Assembly: GCA_977017575.1 (NCBI GenBank) | Contig: CDRNVI010000005.1 | Coordinates: 62,001 to 126,000, forward strand | DNA: 64,000 nt | DNA from: Paramoeba atlantica | Lineage: Eukaryota; Protista; Discosea | Direction: 5' to 3' | Shown here: positions 33,249-43,557 of the stretch, piece after piece | How positions within the stretch are numbered: the first letter of the stretch is position 1 | Layout of the letters: each line of letters begins with the position of its first letter | Position numbers and translations under genes: made by a program | The notes under the pieces: model-generated | Databases searched by the model: none | What the model was told of the DNA's origin: nothing | The model's input: the letters and a program-made list of their open reading frames with translations, nothing else

Positions 33249-35360
33249 TAATAGTTTACGAGATGAAATTTAGGCGAGGGCTATTTACGTTTAATAACCT
33301 GGCCCTTCGGGGCACATAAATATATGAACTTATGATATGGCCCTTCGGGGCACATGTATTATTAGTTTCTTCTTTCTCATATTCTTCAGTTTATGACTTT
33401 CAAACATCAACATATTTAGTAGACTTTATTTCCTTTTTGTAGCTGTAATACGAGTTTCGAGGCCCACCCACCAACCCCCAGCCTCGGCTGCGGGGTGTGG
33501 GGGGCTGAGCCCCTTCACTTCGTACTACTAGTATTTAATATTTACGTTATAGCGCGCAAGGCCTTTTTTCATTCATTTTGGAAATATTTAGGTGAACTTC
33601 TTAATTTTCGGAGATTATGTGCCTCGTAGGGCCATTCGAGAAAAAGGAGTCTTTTCAAATTCGTATTTGTTCTCGTCTAAATTTCCTCTCGTAAACTATC
33701 AAATACATTTTTTACTTCGTCATCTGACTATGACGGAACCAAAATTACTCTTTCAAGTTTACATTAATCGATCAATCAATCAATCAAAACTTTCAGCTGT
33801 GTAGGTCTACGAATTGATAGAACCTAGCCATGCGGCCTTTGGTAGGCTGTCGCGTAATTGCGTGACAATCGTGTACGCATTCAGCTTTTCAATCTCTAGT
33901 TGAAAAGCCTCTACTACTTCTTTCACATTCAGATTTGCTTTCTTCGCTAAAGCTGTTATTAATTTTCGTGTATGTTCATGAAGAAAACCACTCTCGGTCA
34001 TTGGAATGCATTTAAAATAATCATCTTCTATTCCGCCAGAGTAAACATACTTTTTCTTTTTCCTTTCAATAGCATTTTGCAGCAGTTGTGCTTCTGTCAT
34101 TTTTAGGTAACTTGGGCTTCCGGTGTGGACGACTGTAATGTCATACAGCACTTCACCTATGTGAGGCCACATGATTCCTAGATCGGGGCCTGATCTGATT
34201 CTGCGGGCACGGCAGGGATGTTTTTCTATCTCTCCCTCGGAAACGTGAGCTTTACATTTGGTACAGTAGAAGGAAGAATGTGAGCGCGGTTCTACTACAC
34301 AGGGGACACCAGCTTTCGAGCAGAGGGACGCAAGGAACCTGACGAGATATGAGTGTTTCTTGGTTGCGTTCATTCCGTTACATTTAGTACAGCCGACAAT
34401 GTGTTGGAATATGTGAGCAGAGCTAACCTCGGCGGCACATCCAGGGCAATCGATCTTGTCATTTAAGGTTGGAGGCTTGATCCCAAGTCTAGTCATAATT
34501 ACGTATCGAAAGAGGTACGGATTAATGTAACCAGAAGAAGACTGTAGATGACTAAAGGATGATGTTGTCCGTTTTAATATGGAGTCGAGTCGCGGATCTT
34601 TGCGAATCTCTTCTGACAGTTTCTTTTGCTCAAATTTTATGGACTTCAACGCTTGTTTTCGGGCCTTTTGCTGCTTGAGTAAAGGGAGTGCGACGTGCCG
34701 TTCCTGAGTGGAAGTCTTCGACTTGCGCGCGTCTACCGGAGCTTTTGTGGTTTGAATTTGCTCATCAATAGATTTGGAGGCAGTGTCGAAGAAGTAGCGA
34801 TGTTTCAAAACGGAGGGAGTTAAACCGAGTCCTCCTAGGTACTGTGGAAGGGAGGCGAGTTGCATGACTCATATTTCAGTTGCATGTGAACTCATATTTC
34901 AGGGCTGAGTAATGCGAACTATTTCGTGGCTGCGAACTATTTTCAGAGTCTTATTTCTTGATGAGTATATCTATTTTTATATCATTTTAACTTTACTTGA
35001 TGCTTTTTTTTTTTTTTGCACCCAAAACTAGTAGAACTCTTAAAACAATCATATCCTTTAAGTCTATTAATTCCCGATGCTTTCTACAGCACTTCTCCCC
35101 TTGATTGCCCTTCTTAGGGCGTTAGTCCCTTAGCACTCCATGGTTTCGTTTTCACACTCCACGCGGTCGTCCAGATGTCGCTTGTAAAAACAGAGTTCAC
35201 GGCTCTCGTCGTTGGTGGGCACAATTCCGAACTCCTCCGTCTCTCCTTCACCGAGCTGAAAGGGAGTTAGGGCGCTCAAGATGAAGGTGTTGACGTTGGC
35301 TTCAAGTTGATGCTGCTGTGAGCCACGTTGATGCTGCTGTGAGCCCTCGCCGTGGATTTC
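33249..35360 (+). mobile_element. Family X ends bracketing about 2.1 kb of nested material inside B2
   Basis: Left end TAATAGTTTACG..GAAATTTAGGCGAGGGC; right end GCCCTCGCCGTGGATTTC; the host codons rejoin. A second family X left end lies on the minus strand at 33607-33701. Confidence 0.7.
33807..34865 (-). pseudogene. 3' fragment of a divergent family B element B4 (Zn knuckle + RLE)
   Basis: LPQYLGGLG, CPGC..H..GC..C, VEPR, SGPDLGI..YDITVVH. Confidence 0.85.
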
Positions 35361-36236
35361 AACGGATCTTTCACGCTGAATACGGCCAACCCTCAGAGCT
35401 ACTGTATTACGGATCCGATGGAACGCTATTCGGAGTCATTCCCAGCACATGTGGTTTGCGGCAAGGTTCCCCGCTGGCATCTCTATACTACTGCGCCTTC
35501 CTGCAGCCACTATTGGAGACTCTGAAACAAGAGTTTCCCGACATCGAAATATATGCGTTTATTGATGACGTGAACATGGCTTCGAAAAACTCACAATCAT
35601 TGGCCAAAGCATTTGTAAGGCTCCAAGAAATGGTGAATGCTCACAACATTGAACTTGCTCCTGGAAAATGCGTGTGGTTCGGTGGGCAGGAAAAAATCCC
35701 GATTCCAGAACAGCTTGCAAATGAAGGGGTCAAGGCTGCGTACGATTCTATAAAGATCCTTGGGGCACACCTTGGAGAAGATGAATCTGTAAAGTCGGGC
35801 TTGTTTCAGCAGCTTGTCAGGAATACCGAAGCCTTTCGCCGATTAAAACTTATGGGCGCCAACAATGTCTCACTTTTGCTACTTTCCAAAAGCATGAATG
35901 TGAGGCATCAATACGCCATAAGAGTGCACGAGCCAACGTTAACCGACGCGGTCTCTCTCAGTTTCGACAACAACGTCGAAAAAGTGCTGCACCAGTGGTT
36001 GGGAGAAATGACCAAAGAGCAAATCGAATTGTCTCGGCTGCCGCTAAAGAAAGGAGGCCTCGGTCTGACATCATGTCATAGTATTACACATCCTGTCAAA
36101 ATTTTTTTTTTTACAGAATTATTTTTTTTTTAAACGTTGTCTTAATAATTGTATGATATAAACTGCGAATCCTCTTCAAACAATTCTTTTCGTAAACTAT
36201 GAGACTTCCTACCACGGATTCTCACTGCATATTCCA

Positions 36237-37875
36237 TCAAAAAGCGCAAATATCGTCCCCATGGCTTTGGCTCAGGTACTTTCTGAGCTGGCCTAGGAGA
36301 ATGTTTCCATTCATCTCCTGCAAGAGAAGTATGAAATCGTTTTCCACCTTGCTGGGCTCAATAGAAATCTTTTCCGCCAGAAGCCGTAGCAGCTCCCGAG
36401 TTCGGGCGTGCAACGAGCCACTTGACAGCACCGGTAAACAGGCGAATTGCTCCTCGGCGAACATATTCGATGAGACGTATTTGGTGTTTTTCCGCGCGAT
36501 CGCATCTTTGATTGCCTTCGCCGGTGTTGTTCCCGCAAGAGATGGTGCCAGATCGTGTACGACGGTGAGATCATAGAAGATTTCACCTGTCGCCCAATAA
36601 ATAACCAAATCGGGCCCTGAACGGTGTAGCGTGCTGCCTTTGCATGTCGCAATGTGCTCTCGCCGACGTTCTTCTCGGATCACCTCGGAGCATGATGTGC
36701 ACACATATGTGGAGAATTGCCGTGGCTCTAACTCACAAGGAATACCCGCACGCAGACACATATTATGAATATAGCGTACTAGTGCGTTGTGCTTTACCGT
36801 TGTATTCATTCCCGCACATCGGACGCAACCCGGAATATGTGTAAGGGCAGTGGCACTGTTTAGAAGAACTCTGCATCCGGGGCAGGTGAGAGATTCGGGA
36901 AGACGTGGATGGCCCATTCCCAGGCGGGGCATTACTGCTAAGGTGAATTACCGCGACGGCACGAGTCGCTCGTTTGCTTGTATCCATGTATAACTACCCT
37001 TCTTCGTTGTAGCGTCCATGATTCTTGCAAATTTCTTGTTCTTCCGAAGGCGCTCCTTCACTTCTTTGTGCATCTTGACTTCGACTGCCGTCATCTCAGC
37101 GACAGGTGCAGTGTCCGACTCGCTAGGCGTGACTTGAGCTGAAAGGAATTTTGGCTGCTCAAAAGCCACACTGCGCGACGCCTGGTACGCGGCGGCTCGG
37201 AGTGCATCAGTAGAAGGCAGGCCCAGCCCACCCATACGAAGGGGAAGCCTTGCCCAGTCCAGTTGATCTTGCGTCATTGGTCCGAACCATGTCTTCAGAA
37301 CTTTATCAACTTCGCCGTCAAACTCCTTTGCCATCGCTTCAGAGGAGTTCGGTGTGTGTGTGCGAATATGAAAACGATGACGAATGTTAACACATTTAGA
37401 GAGCAGGATAGTAGATACGTTGCTCGCTCCCATCTGACTTAACCGACGGAAAATTGTTTTATGTTTCTGTAGCTTTTCTAGTAGTAGGGGATCTACCTTT
37501 TCGTCTTCTCCCACGTAAGCGCCGAGAACCTTGATTGCGTCCTTCTCTACGTTGACTTGCGCCATTCGCAGAACTTCCGGAATTTCCGTGCCCTTCGTTC
37601 CTCCGAACCACACACATTTATGATTTGCCATTTGCATGTTTCTTTCATTCAACAAATCCCACACTCTATAAAATGCCTTCGTTAGGAGTGCAGGATCATC
37701 CGAAGCAAAGGTTATGTCGTCTATGTATGCGAATATTTTGATCGAGGGAAATTCTAAGGCCAGCGTTGCGAGGATGGGTTGCATCATTGTACAGAAAAGA
37801 AGCGTAGAAAGGGGAGACCCCTGTCGAACTCCTGCTGTGCTGAAAACTTTGTCGTGTAACTTTCCGTCTGATCCA
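36237..37875 (-). pseudogene. Family B fragment B5 with in-frame TAA at 36948-36950
   Basis: GSDG..AGVRQGSPL, YIDD, LPLRMGGLG, VPSR*FTLAVMPRLG, RLE motifs. Confidence 0.87.
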
Positions 37876-38558
37876 GAAATCCACACCGAGGGGCCGCACA
37901 GGACATAAAAGAAAATAACTATAAAGATGAAATAATAATTTATTTTCACATGAGTTCACCTATTCATATCATATACATGAAAAGCAAATTGAAACGTATG
38001 TAGCTTCTACATCATCTTGACAAAATAGGCCTTTCAAAACAAACAATATAAATTTATAATATATCACTATGTTAGCGGGTTGCACCCGCCAAACCCGGCG
38101 GCTATAGGATGGGGGTTTGGTGGGTGGGACAAAAAACGCGTAAAGGAAAAGGATTCTACAAGTAAGTAATCAGTAAATATGTAAATTTTCAGAATACATA
38201 TTGTAGCTTTTATACATGATTCAATTACAACCCCCTTTCGGGGAAAAGAACAATGAAAATTATAACCCCCTTCCGGGGCATTTGACCCGATATTAGCCCC
38301 TCGGTTAAATTTCCATGCGTAGACTTCTAGAAATCCACACCGAGGGGCCGCACAGGACATAAAAGAAAATAACTATAAAGATGAAATAATAATTTATTTT
38401 CACATGAGTTCACCTATTCATATCATATACATGAAAAGCAAATTGAAACGTATGTAGCTTCTACATCATCTTGACAAAATAGGCCTTTCAAAACAAACAA
38501 TATAAATTTATAATATATCACTATGATAGCGGGTTGCACCCGCCAAACCCGGCGGCTA
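37876..38558 (-). mobile_element. Tandem family X copies (37876-38329 complete; 38330-38558 partial)
   Basis: Head-to-tail junction GTGGATTTC|TAGAAGTCTAC at 38329/38330. Confidence 0.8.
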
Positions 38559-38672
38559 CCTGCCCACACACACGTCACAATATTTTCCCAAACACACAGT
38601 AATTTTTTTTTTTTCGAAAATAACTAGGGAAGGATAACACAATAATAGATGACCGGTCTATTATCGTGCCCT

Positions 38673-39864
38673 TTACATCACACACTTTTTAATCTGTTTA
38701 ATGTCAACTTCTTTACCCCGACTTATATGATCGGCCGGATTGTTCAACGTAGACACATATCTCGCCTCGACACAAATCCCACGTTTCTCAGTGTCTCGTA
38801 TTATTTCTTTCAATTCCTTTGACACTCCTTCTGACTTCGATAATCTCCTGTTCAACGCTGCCTTACAGGAGGTGTTATCCACGAAGATATCCAAGCACGT
38901 TCCTTTGGGGGAGTGCATAGCAAACTTTTTAATAGCTAAGCGGACCGCCATCGCTTCGGCCCGATTCACTTCATACTTAAAATGTTTCGGCCATGCCTCA
39001 CCAGTAATTAATACCTCCCCAGAATCAAGGTAAATGATGGCCCCCCATCCCTTCGCAGAAGCATCCGTGTATAACTTGTGGTGGTGAGGAACGGTGTCAG
39101 GATGAGGAGGCGGGGGTCGGGGAAGATTGCATATCAATTCATTTCGCCATTCGGTAAGTGTAGAACGAGTAACTACCGGAAGATCAACTGGCTTGTCGAT
39201 CAAATACGGACAGCGATTTAATAAGTTGATCCTACGCTGCGCGACTTTCATCGCGAAATAAAAGCGTGGCATATTGAGCCGCAAGACTGCAGATCCATAC
39301 AGAAGACGCCCCACCGCCGCCTCAAGATCACCAAAAGACAATTTATGAAATTTGTCTTTTTGCAGTTTACTGACCACTCTCGGTCCCAGGCAGACCGTAT
39401 GAGTGTCGTGGTCGAAAGCCACCCCATTGAAAACATACTTCAAAGCAGGGGGCTGTCCGGCGTCTTTAAAGAGGCCGTTTGCTTTGGAACACCGCTCGTC
39501 AATAAAGCGAGCGTATTCGACGGCATCGTTCGCTGTCCCCGAAAAACGAACTCCGTCGACGTAAACGTCAGTGGCACCTCTGTGAAACGAGAAACGCTCC
39601 TGACACACCGACCTCTCGCCGGCAATTGCGGCGGTAACAGTGTGCATGATTTCTGGTGCGCAGCGATGACCCATGGGAAGAACGTTCATCTCGAAAACTT
39701 CGCCCAATGTCGATCGAAATCTAAACCTCGGCCGTGCCTTCAAGGGAATACTAATTTGGTAAAAACCACAAGTGAAGTCGCGCTTCACTGCCATAGCATC
39801 ATGTGCTTTGTGTAGATATTTGGATGGGTGATACAGCGCAACTTCCGGTTCATAATTTAAAAGC
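38673..39864 (-). pseudogene. DIRS/TATE-like (tyrosine-recombinase retroelement) RT-RNase H fragment D1
   Basis: DFTCGFYQI, VLPMG..CAPE, VYVDG, FNGVAFD; RNase H LYTDAS.GWG, AEAMAV, FVDNT, NPAD.ISRG. No recombinase is visible. Confidence 0.8.
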
Positions 39865-40316
39865 GAAATCCACGCCGAGGGGGCTCCATGAAACATATAA
39901 GTAACAAACAAATATAAGCAAATACCTATGACTAATATAATCACACTTCCAAATCGTCCCAAAATGAAAGAACACATAATACGATATATAGATAGAATTC
40001 ACATGCACAAACATAGTTCAAAAGAAAGCCTGCATAAAACAAATAATCATGTGTCACGTTGTTAACGGGATTCCCCCCCACCGGAACCCTCGGCCAAATG
40101 GCTGGGGGCTTGGTGGGTGGGCACAAAAACTTAAAGCGAAGTAAAATAACAACCTAACAAGGATATATAAGATAATAGTAAATACCCATCCCATGTAAAA
40201 TTCTGAATACAAATCATAATTCGAAGAAACTATGTGCCCCGAAGGGCCAGCAGGCAAATACATAACAGCCCCTCGGCTAAATTTCAAAACGTGGACTATT
40301 AGAAATCCACGCCGAG
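39865..40316 (-). mobile_element. Family X copy (39865-40301, 437 bp) plus the right end of a tandem neighbour (40302-40316)
   Basis: Ends TAATAGTCCACG..GAAATTTAGCCGAGGGG and CCCCTCGGCGTGGATTTC. Confidence 0.78.
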
Positions 40317-40336
40317 CTTTTTTTTTTTTTTTTTTG

Positions 40337-41000
40337 CAAATAATTGGGGGGAATAGTATTGGGTCTAACTTTTTATGTATGGAGTCCAACTTTTCCACAA
40401 TTTCCACACTTACGGCCCTTCACTTTCCCTTACTCCCCATACTTTCCACACCTACTCCTCTTAGCCCTCTCGTACTTCTCTTCCCTCACTCCCTACCCCA
40501 CTCACCGATCCGCATGCACCCAGGCCCGTATGGTCCTGCACCTCCGCTCCCACCCCGTTAGCAGTAATAAATACTTTTGGTTGCCGTACGAGGGTGGGAG
40601 ACGTGGAGGCCACGAAACACAAAGACGTCGTCACGCCGAGGGAGAAGAGCGCGGAGAGAGACACGGGGCGACTGACGCAGGGGCGAGAGGAGGCGAAGCA
40701 CGGGCCCATCTGCCAGGAACTCTGCCCCCACCCCGTGAGCAAGTATTGTATACTTTTGGCTGCTGACACGGGGGTGGGGGACGCGAGAGAGAAACACAAC
40801 AGGGGGGCAAGCGCACTGCGGAGGGAGGGTGAGGTGGGGGGATGCGGCGCAGGGGGTGATGGGACGAGACGGGGAAGGGGGATGCCGACAAAAAGGAGTG
40901 TATTTGAGGGGGGTGCCCTCCCATGGTCTGGAAGATGGTGTATGGAAGAAAAGGGGAAATAATTCAACAAGGTACAGAAACTGTATCTTTATCGTTAAAG
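40337..41000 (-). mobile_element. SL-headed, polyadenylated non-coding element S, complete copy (SL at 40965-41000)
   Basis: SL nt 4-39, about 630 nt with no consistent ORF, then poly(A); further copies at 48110-48598, 62055-62671 and partial at about 42860-42995. Confidence 0.75.
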
Positions 41001-41291
41001 TTTTTTTTTTTTTTTTTTTTTTTTTTTGCAAATAATTGGGGGGAATAGTATTGGGTCTAACTTTTTATGTATGGAGTCCAACTTTTTTTTTTTTTTTTTT
41101 TACTGGACAATACCTTCGCAGGCGTTCTTTTGCAGAATTCCTCGTTGCTATATAAAAAATCCTTTTATGAATAAAATATCTTACTTTTATACACTATTTT
41201 TTTTTTTTTTTTGCGCCAATTACTATCTCAAGTTCTGAAAAATCTATCCTGACTGCAGGCTTTAGAAGCTCTGCCCCTCTTTAGAAACTCT

Positions 41292-42840
41292 TTATATAGC
41301 GAACTGGAGCGCCCCCTTGTCCTTCTCAAGGTAATTCCGAAGTTGTGAATATAGTATGGCACCATTTTGCTCCTGTAGCAAAAGTTGTAGCTCAAGCTGA
41401 AGCTGCTGTCGAGGTACGCTGCCCGCATCTGCGAGGGCCATTAACAGCGACTTCGTATTGAAGTGGAGGGATCCACCAGAGAGGATGGGAATACATCTGA
41501 ATTTTTCTTTCGCGATTTTATTTGTTGCGACATAAGTATCGTGTTTTCGTTTGATGGCGTCCCGGAATAGCTTATTGCATTTCGTTCCCAAATTTGAAGG
41601 CGCTAATTCATGTACCACGGTGAAATCGTAATATATTTCTCCATCATTCCAGTAAATTACGAGATCTGGTCCAGAGCGGCGAAAAGATTTCCCTCCGCAC
41701 ACTTTACTATGTGTCTGCCTGTATTCCGGCCCGACTACTTCATTGCATTGCGTGCACCGATACGTTGAATATAGGCGCGGTTCCTTCTCACAAGGAATAC
41801 CAGCTTTCAAGCTTAACTCATAGAGGAAATTCACTAGCGTGCTATGTTTCACGGTTGCGTTGAGCCCTGAGCATTTTGTGCAGCCTGCTATGTGCGTCAG
41901 AATGGAACCGGATGTTAGTAGAACTTTGCATCCTGGGCATAACATTCGGGGTGGAAGTTCCGGATGAGTTAGACCTAGCCTAGGTAAAAGTGCCAGAGTG
42001 AATAGATGAGATGGCACAAACCGTGCGCTTGACATGATCCATGCGTAGTTTCCTTTATGCGTCGTTGCTTGCAATATAGATGCCATGGGAGATTCCGACT
42101 CCGTGAGTTGCACCCAAGTTTTCGCGTGTATCTCTGCCGCCTGCGTTGATTCGTCTACTGGTACGTCCTTATGCATGTTGGCATTCGCTTCTTGGAATTC
42201 CCCAGTCCGAACTGAATTGGTTTTTGGGCGTTCAAGAACTGTGAATTTCGAAGATTCATATGCCGCTTTGCGGGTAGGTAGACACGCAGTCAGACCCAGG
42301 CCTCCTTTCTTTACAGGTAGTCTAAGTAGCGAAATCTGGTCGTCGGATAGCTTTCCAAACCACGAAGTGAGAACTTCCGCAATGGCATTGTCAAAATTGA
42401 ACGTTAATGCCTCAGTCGCAGTTGGGTTATGTACACGCATGTGATAAGTTTGCCGTACGTTTACACATTTTGACAGCAATTGGGTTGACACGTTGTTTGC
42501 TCCCATGAGCTTGAGTCTCCTGAAAATTGCATCGTGCTTTTTGAATGTACTTAAAAGTTTCTCACTAACTTTATCATCATCTCCTATAAAAGCTCCGAGT
42601 GTTTTCAGTGCATCTTCTTCATTTCTCACCCCTGCATCCCTGATGTCATCAGGTAAAGGCTCCTTGTTTACCCCGCTGAACCAGACGCACTTCTCAGTTG
42701 ATACAAGGAGATCTTCCGCTGCCAGCAGTTCTTTTAGGCGTACAAAAGCTTTGCTTAAGAGTTGCGTGTCGTGGGAAGCGAGGTTAATATCATCAACGTA
42801 TGCAGCAATCGTGATGTCAGGGAATTCTGCAGCCAAAGTT
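41292..42840 (-). pseudogene. 5'-truncated family B element B6
   Basis: AYVDD, LPVKKGGLG, CPGC, KEPR, SGPDLVIYW..YDFTVVHE. Confidence 0.88.
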
Positions 42841-43129
42841 TCAATAATATCAATAATAATACTTTTCCACAATTTCCACACTTACGGCCCTTCACTTTCC
42901 CTTACTCCCCATACTTTCCACACCTACTCCTCTTAGCCCTCTCGTACTTCCCTTCCCTCACTCCCTACCCCACTCACCGATCCGCATGCACCCAATCACT
43001 GACTAACGAAAGGGCCGTCCGCACGTGGACGTGGGGAGGCTGCCGGGGTATAACCATTTCCGGCTCGGCCGTCTTATCCGCGTCCATGTTGTTGAGTATG
43101 TGTCGTGGGCTTTTTTTTTTTTTTTTTTT

Positions 43130-43370
43130 TTTTGCGATTAATAAGGGGGGAGAAGTATGAAACGCGGCATTGCCTCTATATTACCCAATACATGAACCAT
43201 GAAGGTCCATTGGGGGGGGTATATGATTTGTAAACAAGCAATCAAATTAGCAATTTCCCATGTTGTAGCCCAAAACTAGTAATTCAACCTGCCTTAAGTT
43301 ATTTATGATTCTGATAACAATAATAATAAAAAAGGAAGCAATCCACGCCCAATCCATCCGCGCGTTCCGC
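43130..43370 (-). repeat. Family A 3' terminal tail fragment with poly(A)
   Basis: Reverse complement of about 5135-5368. Confidence 0.8.
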
Positions 43371-43557
43371 GGCTTTTTTTTTTTTTTTTTTTTTTAGCCC
43401 GTGGAGCGCATATATTATATACGCGCCGATTACTATCAAATGTGAGACATGTTCACCTTCCCCCCTTCTCTCAATTTTCAAAGAGAAACTATCCCGAAAA
43501 TGAAATCTATATAATTTTATAAGCTGACTCAGCTTATAGTGATATTGTGTTTAGAAC

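Larger units (their letters stand above)
24970..36090 (+). pseudogene. CRE family B element B2, split into about 24970-27204, 32657-33248 and 35361-36090 by nested insertions
   Basis: The protein continues across junctions: FTPKQLT|DEETLDKL and FGTLRPF|QRIFHAEY; RT motifs IDAKNAFN, GLRQGSPL, AFIDD. Confidence 0.82.

Noticed and set aside
40461-41035. Pro/Gly-rich ORFs over element S, and the many short antisense ORFs over RT genes
   Set aside because: Frames are not conserved between copies, composition is low-complexity, or they are shadows of the real ORFs.
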